Shown here: one piece after another, positions 9,890-19,983 of the stretch
Position numbering within the stretch: the first letter of the stretch is position 1
How the letters are laid out: every line of letters begins with the position of its first letter
From: Epithemia pelagica
Taxonomy: Eukaryota; Protista; Bacillariophyta
Assembly: GCA_946965045.2 (NCBI GenBank)
Contig: OX337235.1
Coordinates: forward strand, 1,302,001-1,366,000
DNA length: 64,000 nt
Direction: 5' to 3'
The notes under the pieces: model-generated
Seen by the model: only the letters and a program-made list of their open reading frames with translations
Databases searched by the model: none
What the model was told of the DNA's origin: nothing
Translations under genes and position numbers: made by a program

Positions 9890-10074
9890 TGTTTCCAGTC
9901 GTGTATCCGTTGTTTCCAAGATGCTCTCAGAGTTTCCAATCGTGTGTCCGATGCTTCCATGTTGTTTCCATTTGATCTTCCACTTGTTTCCATTGTTTCC
10001 AGTCGTGTTCCCACTTGTTTCCGATGTTTCCAGTCACGCTTCCAGTTTTGGCGATATGTTTCCACTCGTGTTTC
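9890..10074. repeat. Second degenerate TGTTTCC/CCAGTCGTG array, same orientation
   Basis: Multiple tgtttcc and ttccagtcgtg cores. Confidence 0.8.
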
Positions 10075-10566
10075 TAGAAAATTCATTAAATATATTGTTT
10101 ACCCCTGTGTCGTAGAGGACTCTAATTCATGTCCTTGTTTCTAATGGCAATAAATAATAGAGTGTGTGTGGTTCGCATCTTCAGAAACATATCATCACCA
10201 CTTATTGGGAAAACTCAATGCTTTTAAATACTTATCCTTTTTAATAGGAAACAGTCATTTTGGCCACTGGGAACAATATTCGTAGGTGTTCCAGGACCAA
10301 ACATTCCCCCCGGAACTCCGGAAGACACATGACTCTAGACTCTCACAATGTCCTTTGACCTTTGTAGAAATGACCACTGATCACTCTTGAAAGAAAAATC
10401 AAGATATCTTGTTGACTGTGTGTGACAACGACACAACGACGACGGTAACCGAGCGAACAACAACAATAATAGCGTCGATCAAGCTCTCGTCAAGAACCGA
10501 CATTACAAAGCAATTCAAACAACAAAAACTGTTTTCGATTTTTAACAACACATTTTTCTAGGCAAA

Positions 10567-12252
10567 ATGATGGATGCCCTGCAATCCGAGTTTGCCCAAG
10601 TGCAACATGTGGTGGAAGATGAAGAAGAGAAAAAGGAGGTGGTCTTGAATGCCGTTCGATCCAAATGCAACTCCATCGTACAGTCCAACGAAAAAGAAGA
10701 GTTGGGTGATTTGGGTCGTTTGGCACACTTGGTCGAATCGGGGAGTGGAACACTGCAAGCGGAATTGATCGCCGGTGGGAAAACCAATTATTCCTTCAAA
10801 GTGTTTGTTTCGAAGACTGATAGTACCAACGAAGGAGAGAAACAGGTTGAAAATGCAGTGGACAACCTTGCCATTTATACCAAGCTGTATCTCCCACACG
10901 CTATTTGGGATAAGGATCACAACTTTGAGTTTGACATTGAACGTGCCGTGAGTGAATTCGAAACCTTACAAAAGCTCGATCGAATTGGCAACGAAGCAGA
11001 CGCCACTCCATTTCCAGTTGTCTCGTCCTATTGCGTTTTGGATGTGGAGGGTGATGCCAAGTTATTGTTGGCCGAGTGGGCAACCAACACGGAAGAACAG
11101 TGGGCCAATCAGTTTATCGATGGGGAAGTAGATGAGAGAATTGTGCACAAGGCGGCCGAGGCTTTTGCCATTCTCAATCTTACCCAGGTGGACCAAGCGT
11201 GGAACGACAGTGCGCGAAGCGCCCTTTTGTCCGTCTGCTCCATGGTAAAACTTCATTTCACCAAACTCACCATGGCTCCGGACGAAGACTGTGATGCCTT
11301 GATGAACTTACTCAAGGAAGTGGGACAAGGAACCTTTGACAATGTGGTAGACAAATATTCTCATCAGATCATGGAAGTGAGAGAGTCACTCTGTCACAGC
11401 GACAGCCATCCGTTTAACATTTTGGTCGAAACAAAATGTAAAAGTACTGAAAACGACTACGAAAAAGTGTTTGGACCGAATGGGAATGTGATTCTCTGTG
11501 ATTGGGAAACTGCCATTTGTGGTCCTCTGGGACGAGATGCCGGAACCTTCATGTCGTTTCCCACCGCCTGCGCGCTTTGTCTGGCCGTTCAAGGTCATAA
11601 AGACGAAGCAATGCACTTGGTAGATTGCGCCGCACAGTTTTGGGATACCTACGCAAAAACCTTGTCTGAACGGACGAACAACAAAAAGGATGAGGCAGAA
11701 TTATGTACGATTTACCGCGCGGCCATGGCAGCCATGGGTTCCTTTCTATTATTCAATCTTTATATGCTGGGTGTACTAATGGATACACTGCCGTTGGAGG
11801 GCGTCCCAGGCGATGAAGCCGACAAGGCACGGGCTTCAATTGGCATTGTAGGAATGAAGTTACTCCTGGTGGGCTTTGGTGAAACAACAACAATACCATC
11901 CACCAAGGGTGACGAAAATCAAACCCCGAATTTAGAAAGTCTGGACGGACTTAAGGAGTTTTATCAAAATCTCATGAACAATCAAATTGATGAGCTTGTG
12001 TTGGCGAACCGACGCACAAAGCCCCGCCGGGCTTCCTTTTTACGGAGCTTGCATCGGCGAGTCAGTGATGCATCCACTGTAGAGGAGGCAACAAAACGCT
12101 TGACCACCCAGGGATTGGATCATTCCTTTCATCGAAGAATCTCGGCTTTTGATAGCTCTGATTTGGGAGCCTCCATGTGCAGCTTTATGGACGATGATTT
12201 GGACATGTTCCCTGTAAGCGAAGAAATGAAAATGCAGTGGGCGGATGACTAG
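10567..12252 (+). CDS. Protein-kinase-like small-molecule kinase (5-methylthioribose kinase/APH-like), 561 aa
   Basis: AGGKTNYSFKV P-loop region, Brenner-type CHSDSHPFNILV, ILCDWE...GPLGRDAG. Confidence 0.75.
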   Translation: MMDALQSEFAQVQHVVEDEEEKKEVVLNAVRSKCNSIVQSNEKEELGDLGRLAHLVESGSGTLQAELIAGGKTNYSFKVFVSKTDSTNEGEKQVENAVDNLAIYTKLYLPHAIWDKDHNFEFDIERAVSEFETLQKLDRIGNEADATPFPVVSSYCVLDVEGDAKLLLAEWATNTEEQWANQFIDGEVDERIVHKAAEAFAILNLTQVDQAWNDSARSALLSVCSMVKLHFTKLTMAPDEDCDALMNLLKEVGQGTFDNVVDKYSHQIMEVRESLCHSDSHPFNILVETKCKSTENDYEKVFGPNGNVILCDWETAICGPLGRDAGTFMSFPTACALCLAVQGHKDEAMHLVDCAAQFWDTYAKTLSERTNNKKDEAELCTIYRAAMAAMGSFLLFNLYMLGVLMDTLPLEGVPGDEADKARASIGIVGMKLLLVGFGETTTIPSTKGDENQTPNLESLDGLKEFYQNLMNNQIDELVLANRRTKPRRASFLRSLHRRVSDASTVEEATKRLTTQGLDHSFHRRISAFDSSDLGASMCSFMDDDLDMFPVSEEMKMQWADD

Positions 12253-12902
12253 AGGAATAGCGACAAGGGTCTTAGCAAAAATAAATTAGCAATGTTGTAC
12301 TAGTAGAATGTCTCGTATCACAACAGTTCTCAGGTGTGTCAATCGAAAAGGACGAGTAAATGTTCCGACTGTGGCATGATGAGACTAATTGCTGTTCGCT
12401 TTTGCCTACGCGTTATGCGGATCGACATGCTTCAGCGATCTGTACAGAAGCCCAATGTTTGGTGAGTGGTTTCAATGTCCATTGATCCAGTCAATGCAAC
12501 ACCTGACAATAAGAAAAGTCATGACACGGTTTGCAGAAAACCAGGTCGTGTCGACCCGAAGAGACTCAATGGGGAACGTGTACCGAAACCAACGAGAAAC
12601 TAGCATGACCAGTCGCCCTGCTGGTGGAGTATGCGACTCCCAAATCATAACACGTTCACTTTTGACCCGAGTAGTCAGAAAAGTCCTGTAGCCGCACGCA
12701 TTTACGGAATGTTCCAATGATAGAAAATAACTACTACCCTGGACTTTCGCCAAATGGTATCTCATGGCGCTCCGGTTACATATGCGGCCCAAACTGAAAC
12801 GCCACCCATTTTTCAGAACTTACCTGCGAGGACAGCGTAGGCCGTTCGCTACTGCCATGTACAACCCGATCGGTTCGAATCATGTCGAGGAATTGCCGGT
12901 CT

Positions 12903-14435
12903 CTATTTGTTTGCCATGTAACTGTGCAGCGGCAATGAATGACGAAGAAAGAGGTAAATGGGTGATACTTCTCCATAGCTGACTCCAAGTCTCTCAACTA
13001 GCTTTGGCCATAGACAAGAAGAAATGTTTGTTCCAGTGTTGTCCCTTCGTTTGGTGTCGGTGTTGTTACTGTTCTGACGAGTGGCAGTCAAAATCAATGT
13101 ACGTATCATCCACAATAATCGATTTCGATAGAGGATACGAATGGCTGTAACATTGTGATGAAAACCTTTCGAGCCCAACACAACACTTGTCAAACTCATG
13201 TTTTGTTGCATGGAAGAAACAAAAAACTCTTCTCCTTGGTAGTCACTCCCAAAGGAATCCAACTCCAGTCGGAGAAGTGTTCTTGATTCGAGCAAGGGCT
13301 TGATCCAATGTCCGGCATCCCAATGAATGGCAGCAGCTTCCACAGTACCTCTCATGTCAAATCGCCACAGCGTTTGTCGATTTCGCCCCAGGGCCATGCA
13401 AAGCCGATCACGTATTTCGACTCCCATACGGCAATCCTTGACGACAAGCTGTCCCAAACAAGGGCAGACTTCAATCGACTTTAGGAAGTGAACAAATTTG
13501 GAATCATCCCCTCCATCCTTTATTTGGAACAGTTCACGATTTCCGCTCACATCGAGATGCTGGACCGCGTCAAGAGAGCTCATCAATCGAGCCAAGGACG
13601 GAAATGACTCCGGGGACAAGACTCCAGTGGTCCACGCGAGATGTTCGGGCCACCGATTCGTGGTTGCCATGCTTTCGACAAAGATCCGAAGATGGTCATC
13701 GCCCAATTCTAGACAGCGGTTGAATGTTAGCGACTTGAGCCTCTGACGCTGACTAAAGGCCTGGCCCAGATTCTGAAGAAACTCCTTGTCGATTGGACAG
13801 CAGTCGAACGCGAGTTCTTGTAGGGAATCATTGCTAGGACTCAACAATGCCCCTGATAGACACTCGGTGCTGATGGAGTTTCCAAACAGTTGACCACTCG
13901 TAATAGTGATGCTGCAAAGCTTTGGCATACGACAAAGGCCTCCAAGCAGCTGTGCCATGTTTTCACTGATCCACGGTTCGCCAGATCGTCCCTTCTCTAA
14001 CAAGAGGAATTCGACAAGATGCGATCCGAGAGAATGAATGAATTTCACGAAAGCAGGAAAGGATCCATTTGTCTGATCAATTTCCAATCGTTCCAGTTTC
14101 ACTTTTGACGGACGATGAGATGAAGGCAGCTGAAGGATCGAATCTTTGAGGTACTCGAAACCCAAATGGTTTATTTGAGCACTCGAGATCTCTAAATGTT
14201 GAAAGGCTGCCAATCGCTTCTTCAAGGATTCTTCCCAGCAATTTTTTAGATTTTCCAACAACCGATGTTCATCATCGTTTTCCGTTTCGTCGTTATGATT
14301 GTTGTTCAGATCATTTTCGGGCAAGTCAAGATCATGATCCATTAATTGTGGTTGTTCCTCGGAAACAGAATCCGTTTCATTTTGCATGTCATCCAACGCT
14401 TCAACATTTCTTTGATCCTCATCCTCCTCAGCCAT
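12903..14435 (-). CDS. RNI-like leucine-rich repeat protein (diatom-expanded type), 510 aa
   Basis: Acidic N-terminus, then LRR units (LQELAFDCC, LKSLTFNRC, VQHLDVSGN, LGQLVVKDC, LTSVVL) and a C-terminal RNRLL...WPKLVERL...SPIYLFLR motif. Confidence 0.8.
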   Translation of the reverse strand: MAEEDEDQRNVEALDDMQNETDSVSEEQPQLMDHDLDLPENDLNNNHNDETENDDEHRLLENLKNCWEESLKKRLAAFQHLEISSAQINHLGFEYLKDSILQLPSSHRPSKVKLERLEIDQTNGSFPAFVKFIHSLGSHLVEFLLLEKGRSGEPWISENMAQLLGGLCRMPKLCSITITSGQLFGNSISTECLSGALLSPSNDSLQELAFDCCPIDKEFLQNLGQAFSQRQRLKSLTFNRCLELGDDHLRIFVESMATTNRWPEHLAWTTGVLSPESFPSLARLMSSLDAVQHLDVSGNRELFQIKDGGDDSKFVHFLKSIEVCPCLGQLVVKDCRMGVEIRDRLCMALGRNRQTLWRFDMRGTVEAAAIHWDAGHWIKPLLESRTLLRLELDSFGSDYQGEEFFVSSMQQNMSLTSVVLGSKGFHHNVTAIRILYRNRLLWMIRTLILTATRQNSNNTDTKRRDNTGTNISSCLWPKLVERLGVSYGEVSPIYLFLRHSLPLHSYMANK

Positions 14436-15697
14436 GGTTCAAGTTTGACCAGTTGCTTTCCTTCTTTCTCTCCCCCTCTCTTGCTCGGACTCTCCTGGCG
14501 TCAAAAATGGACGAGAGACGCGATCACCATGGCCGCTCGAGGAAGAGCGACTCGGATGCCACCACACACAGATCAGTGTCCGGAGCAGCAGGCGCGGTCA
14601 GCGATATGCGCGTGGTCGTGGTCTTGGTCATGGGGGTCTCGGTCTCTGCGCAGTTTTTGTTCGCAACACACATGCCGGCTGCACGAAATATTTCGCATGT
14701 TGCAGTCGCTCCAAGGCACTTTGCACTTCCTCGCGCTGATTTCACATTCGCAAGAACACCGAAACGGAAAACGGTTTGCTACGTACGCCAAGATTTGGCG
14801 ATCAGGTCGTGCATCTCTTTTTTCTGTATCCTTCATACCGGGATGCCAGCAAGCAATCAAGCCATCACAAAAATTCTGTGACGACTGACTGTCCACAGTC
14901 CATACTTGCTTGATAGGCGAGGACATTACTCCTACATCATACTATATCAGATCCAAAAAGAATATGCAACAAAGTATTGACATGAGTGCTCTCACTCGAA
15001 TCGGCCATGCCTCGCTGGCCCCCTCTGTGCCACCTCCCATGATTGGCCGTATCATTGCGATCGATCACCATTGCTCATCCTTGCCCAAAGAAAACTGGGG
15101 ACAATTTCACCGCACATTCCATTCGTCATGCTACAATTGGGACGCCCGGAACTCCAAGCTGCTCAAGAAAATTAGAAGAGGCGTTTGGTGTCGATTCCGA
15201 CAATAAAAATTCATCCAAGGCCGACTTCACGTCGACGACATGACAAGGCTACATCAACAACCATTGAAGTTTATGAAATTCTACATGGATTCACCACGTT
15301 GGCTTTGTTTTCATGAAAATCATGAGGGTCTCCAAATGGTTAGCTCGAGAAGATGACACAGAGATCATGAACTCTCTTGTACGGCTCCGCCCGCTCTTCC
15401 GTCTCCCAGTCCCCGCCCCTGTTTTGTTCCCATAGGGACATGACGTATTGGAGACCCTTTGGCCAGATTGTTCTCTGGTGATACGTAAGAATGAACTTAT
15501 AGCAACCTCTTTTTTCTGAAACAAGACTGGCGATTGCCCTAGGCTCAACCTTGTTGTAGGAATGATGCAGCCAGTTCACGCATTGGTTGCACCAAAAGTG
15601 CAAACTCAGGCTCTGGACAAGACGATCCAGTCAAAGATCTCTTTGCCCCAATTCGCTGAGTGATCAAATTTGGTGGAATCTTTTTCAAGAGTGTGTT

Positions 15698-17154
15698 TCA
15701 GTCACCGGATCGTGCAATGGGACTAAAGACCAGTAGCCCTAGCAACATGGCCAGGATGAGCGATCCACTGACGTACGCGAGCGATTGTTTCGGGTTATCC
15801 ATGGTAGCCATCTCCTTGATCATGGTCGAGACCGTGCTAAGACTCCCGGCAAATCCCACCTTGACGGCTGGTAACAATTCGGATAACCACGGATCATGAT
15901 AATCGGACAGATATCGCAGTTCGACCGCTGCGATCAATGCCGAAATAGTGGAAGCGAGGAGATTGGCAAACAATGTTCCACGGGGTATCCACGACCAGCG
16001 GTTCGGAACCCCACAGAATGGACCTCGCGTTGGATCGTTCCAGGCCGACAATTTCCATCGAACCAGGGCACCGACTGGGGCCATGGCCAAACCCAATACT
16101 CGTGCCTCGTATTGTTCAATGTCGTATATCAATGCCCCCACCAAAAAGTAAGTCACAAAAGCTGCGACAAAGAAGAGAGGTCCAAAGTAGACATTGAAGA
16201 TCAGTGTGATCCATTTCCACCAACGTGAGTCACCTCTCCATTCGCCGTACTTGTCTGTGTCTTCTTCGCAGTGATTGGAGACTGGTTCTGCCCCGTGAGT
16301 CAGATTTGTTGTGAGTTGTACATCGTCATGTTCGTCAACAATTTCTGCATTCGAATGTTCAAAGAAGGAAGCCAAAACACCGTGCGTATGAAGACCTAAG
16401 ATGAAGAACGCATATGCACAACTCACTCCAATCACGTAACCACACAGAGCCGGGACGACTTGTGGACCGAGTACAGTGCCTGACCCATCCAACATTCGAA
16501 CCATTTGAGCGTTCCACGAAGCGACTGTGAAAGATACGATTTGAGCAGAGGAAATGACACCATCGATACAACAACAGCTCTACCACAAACGTAGTACTCA
16601 CAGGTAGTCAAGCAACCACAGAAACCCGTACTTAGTCCGATACGCAACGCCTCGTGTTTCTGGAGAGGATGTTGGGGATGAAACCATGGCAATGTGTGCG
16701 TCGAGTCTGTCTTGGAGATCAGTCCCATGAGAAAACACCCAATCATGTTGGCCGGGAGATCCAAGAACAAGGCTCCTCCCGTTTGTTCCGTCGTACCACT
16801 GTTGGTGACACAAATCTTGACAAAGAAGGGAGAAAGGTAGTCGTCAGGAGCGTCGTCTCGTCCCTGACTGCAGTCGGACCCAAAAAAGCGACCGATAAAA
16901 ACTCGAAACACTTCTCCAAAGGTTGCAAATAAGGCAATGTAGAGAGTCATCGCATTTTGATGCCATTCATGGTACTCGTCATCTTTCTCATCGACCACGG
17001 ATTTTGACGAGTCGTCGTTGTGTTTGTCGACACCTTCCTCTATTACGTCTTCATCATCTTCAGCAACTCTAGTTCGTTCTTCAGACTCTTTTCTTCCTGT
17101 ATCTTTTCTGTCAACGTCCTCCCGGAAAGCCTGAACCTCTTGCTCATGGCCCAT
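15698..17154 (-). CDS. FEX: Fluoride export channel, two fused CrcB/Fluc domains (FEX-type); intron 16525-16601
   Basis: Splicing restores GFCGCLTT|FASWN; second domain GTLFANLLA and GFAGSLSTVST; multiple TM segments. Confidence 0.88.
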
Positions 17155-17396
17155 TTCCTGACGGCCAAACACACCAAACGAGGAGCGATGATACAACAGA
17201 AGAATTCAATGGACAGCAAACGCGCAGCCCCCATAATGACCGTGGTTTTGTGGTTGTGGTTGTGGGGATTATCAAAGTTTTCAGTGTGACACGTGTTGAT
17301 CTGCTTGGAAGCGAGCCATCTCAAAGTACTTACCGAAATCGCGCATGCACCTGTAAGTTACTAGCATGTCAGTCTTTTCCAAACGCGTGCTGAACT

Positions 17397-17490
17397 CGTG
17401 CGCGCCACATACATATTATTGTATCTTGTACTTGCTCTATTATTTTATTATTGTATTCGTCCCCGGCCAAAATACGTGCGCGCCACATAC
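17397..17490. promoter_or_regulatory. 16-bp direct repeat in the divergent FEX/sulfotransferase intergenic region
   Basis: CGTGCGCGCCACATAC at 17397-17412 and 17475-17490. Confidence 0.35.
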
Positions 17491-17695
17491 GAGCCCCCAA
17501 AATACCGGTCAGACAGACAGAATAAACGTTAACTCTAATGTGTGACGTCTACCGCCCGTCTCACCAGCCATGCGTCTAAGTAATCCTTCCATTGTAAGGG
17601 CCGGCGTCGAAATGACATTTGGTGGTTGGCATTTTCACAAATTTGGGCTCTCGTCACAAAATGGCCATCAGCCGCACTCAAAAATTCGTAAAACG

Positions 17696-19009
17696 ATGCT
17701 AGATCTAAGAGCAATGGCCATGACAAGGCGATCCACCATATTCATCATAATTCTCATCGTGGTCCTCCTCAATGCCATGAACTCGAGACAGAACCAGGCA
17801 CTTAGTGATTTTGCTAGGGTCGTATCGGAACGACGACAGGGAGCATGTGAGGATGCAAGTAATGCTTCGACGAAGATAGTACCTCATTCGAGCTCCTCGA
17901 AAGTCATCTTGCGGGGAGCATCGGCTGTCGAACGAAAGATGCTCCAAGCTCGTGTTCAGAAAGAAGTCGATAAATTCTTGCGAAAGCTCAAGTCTTCAGA
18001 GAACAAAACCCGAATCCGTCGCTCCTTGCTTCCTCCCCACACACCAGGGGCGGTAATTCATATTGGCAAGACGGGAGGATCCAGTTTGACTCATATTTTG
18101 GAACATAGTTGTCATTCTTTCATACGGAAACCTTGTCCTGGTTTTCAAGAAAAGACAAAAAGGACTTCTGTCTTGTCCAAAACGGCAACCTATGTCCATG
18201 TTCCAGATTTTCGCCTGCTGAATCAAACCAAAAGTGGATACACCAACTTCTTTTTTTACACGGTTACATCGCGGGATCCTTTCCAACGAGCACCCTCGGC
18301 CTACACATTTGAGCATCCTCGAAATTCCCCCAAATTCAAGCGAAACAAAAGGGTCTATTCATGCTTCCCTACGTTGGAACGAATGACGGAGCTGCTCGGC
18401 GACAACCCGACAGACTACCACAACGAAGAAAACCCCGATTCGGACACACGGGCTTCCTCTATCCCGCCTGATAAGTGTGCTAATCTTACGAGGGCAGTTC
18501 TGGATGGACAACATGAACTTCCCGATCATTTTTATTTTGGGTATCGCAAAGTACTGGAAGAGTTCTCTCTTCAGTATCGACAAGGCATGGACGTCGGAGG
18601 CGTCAACGAAACAAGGAGTGTACCTGGTGCTCTTGACGATGCCAAAGAAAGAAATACCATCCCTCCTCTCGTCATTTTGACGATTCGTAACGAACACTTG
18701 TGGGATGACTACGTTGGAGTCCACTATTGGCTGTCTGGAACGTCCCCGAATGAGACACGCCGACAAACAGACGCTCCCTATGTACCGTTTTCAACGGAAC
18801 GAAAACAGGAAACATTTGTAGTGGACAAGAGCATCTCCTCCCTGGGCCGAACACGACTCTGTCGAGCCCTGCAAAGTGAATACGAGGCCTACCTGGAATT
18901 ACTCCGCCGTTCCATCAATCTTTCACAAGAGGAAAAGAATGAAAGTTTGGAGATCTCGCGGAAAAGTTGTCCAGACCTGGAGATTCTGAAAACTGTCGAG
19001 TTTGCATAA
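17696..19009 (+). CDS. Type II membrane (Golgi-type) sulfotransferase-family protein
   Basis: N-terminal TM (IFIIILIVVLLNAM); 5'-PAPS motif IHIGKTGGSS; 3'-PAPS-like SRDPFQRAPSAY. Confidence 0.75.
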   Translation: MLDLRAMAMTRRSTIFIIILIVVLLNAMNSRQNQALSDFARVVSERRQGACEDASNASTKIVPHSSSSKVILRGASAVERKMLQARVQKEVDKFLRKLKSSENKTRIRRSLLPPHTPGAVIHIGKTGGSSLTHILEHSCHSFIRKPCPGFQEKTKRTSVLSKTATYVHVPDFRLLNQTKSGYTNFFFYTVTSRDPFQRAPSAYTFEHPRNSPKFKRNKRVYSCFPTLERMTELLGDNPTDYHNEENPDSDTRASSIPPDKCANLTRAVLDGQHELPDHFYFGYRKVLEEFSLQYRQGMDVGGVNETRSVPGALDDAKERNTIPPLVILTIRNEHLWDDYVGVHYWLSGTSPNETRRQTDAPYVPFSTERKQETFVVDKSISSLGRTRLCRALQSEYEAYLELLRRSINLSQEEKNESLEISRKSCPDLEILKTVEFA

Positions 19010-19983
19010 CCCCCGACGAGTCGCAATCAGGAGGTTTTGTCTAGCCCATCCGGTTGACACGTTCATATGTTGTCGTCCAGGGAACAAAGGAGCCGAACGG
19101 TCATCTCTCGTCGCTCTCTCCTCTGATGACGAGTTTTGCGACTCAGGTCCGTCCCATGTAGACGATATAGCAACCGTGCGCAAGGAGTCCAGGAGGAATG
19201 TGTTGTTCCGGTTCCACCAAAGCTCATTTGTTTTGTCCTGCACCACAAAACTAGAGTTTCCCGCTCCTGTGTCGACCGAGAACGGTCCGAGCTGCCACGA
19301 TGAGATCCAATAATGGCTTGGTCAAGCCCTGCTTTATGCACGAAACCGCATACTAAAACAAGGGTTCCTCTACTCATAGTTTCATGTTGCGAGGGAGTCG
19401 ATCGAATCGTGCTCCCCTAGCTAGTAAGAAACCATAGACTAGGTCATTCCTCGGCTTCACAGTCTCGCGTACCTGTTTGCTCAACGACCGACGCATCGTT
19501 TGCGGTTGCGATCCATTCTTCTGGCAATTCTGGACAAAAACCATTCGCCGCAATGAATCATTGTCGAACTACGCCTATATCTCCGTTCGATGATACGAGT
19601 GGATCATGGTCGGTGAGATAGCATTGCTAGCTACTCCAACCTGAGACTTCCCCGCGTTTCGGTTTCGATACAGGAAATGGAAAATGGGGAAAACATTGCA
19701 CATCTGTTTGGTTGGGGGATGTGGGAATGGATGCTTCGTATGAGATGAAACGCTTCGTATTTTCCACAATCGATCCCTCCTCGCCACTTTTGGCCAGAGT
19801 CTAGCTAGTACAGTCAACGAAGCAGTTGGAACGCGCGAGAAGGAAAGAAAGGCGAGCTGTCGTCGACCTCACAAAATTGCCGTCACTCGGGTTGGTTCGT
19901 GGAAGTGGAAGTGCATTTTTTCTAGATCCATCGCTTTGCGTCATTCCTTGTTCAACCAAAGGACAAGATCTGCGTGTCAAATA

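Noticed and set aside
9176-10074. TGTTTCC arrays as CRISPR or telomeric repeats
   Set aside because: No constant repeat with unique spacers, no cas genes, degenerate and interstitial; eukaryotic context
12872-12881. tRNA T-loop-like GGTTCGAATC
   Set aside because: No acceptor, D or anticodon stems can be folded around it
14346-14888. Overlapping 177-180-aa plus-strand ORFs upstream of the LRR gene
   Set aside because: No recognisable motifs; they overlap the LRR start and its likely promoter
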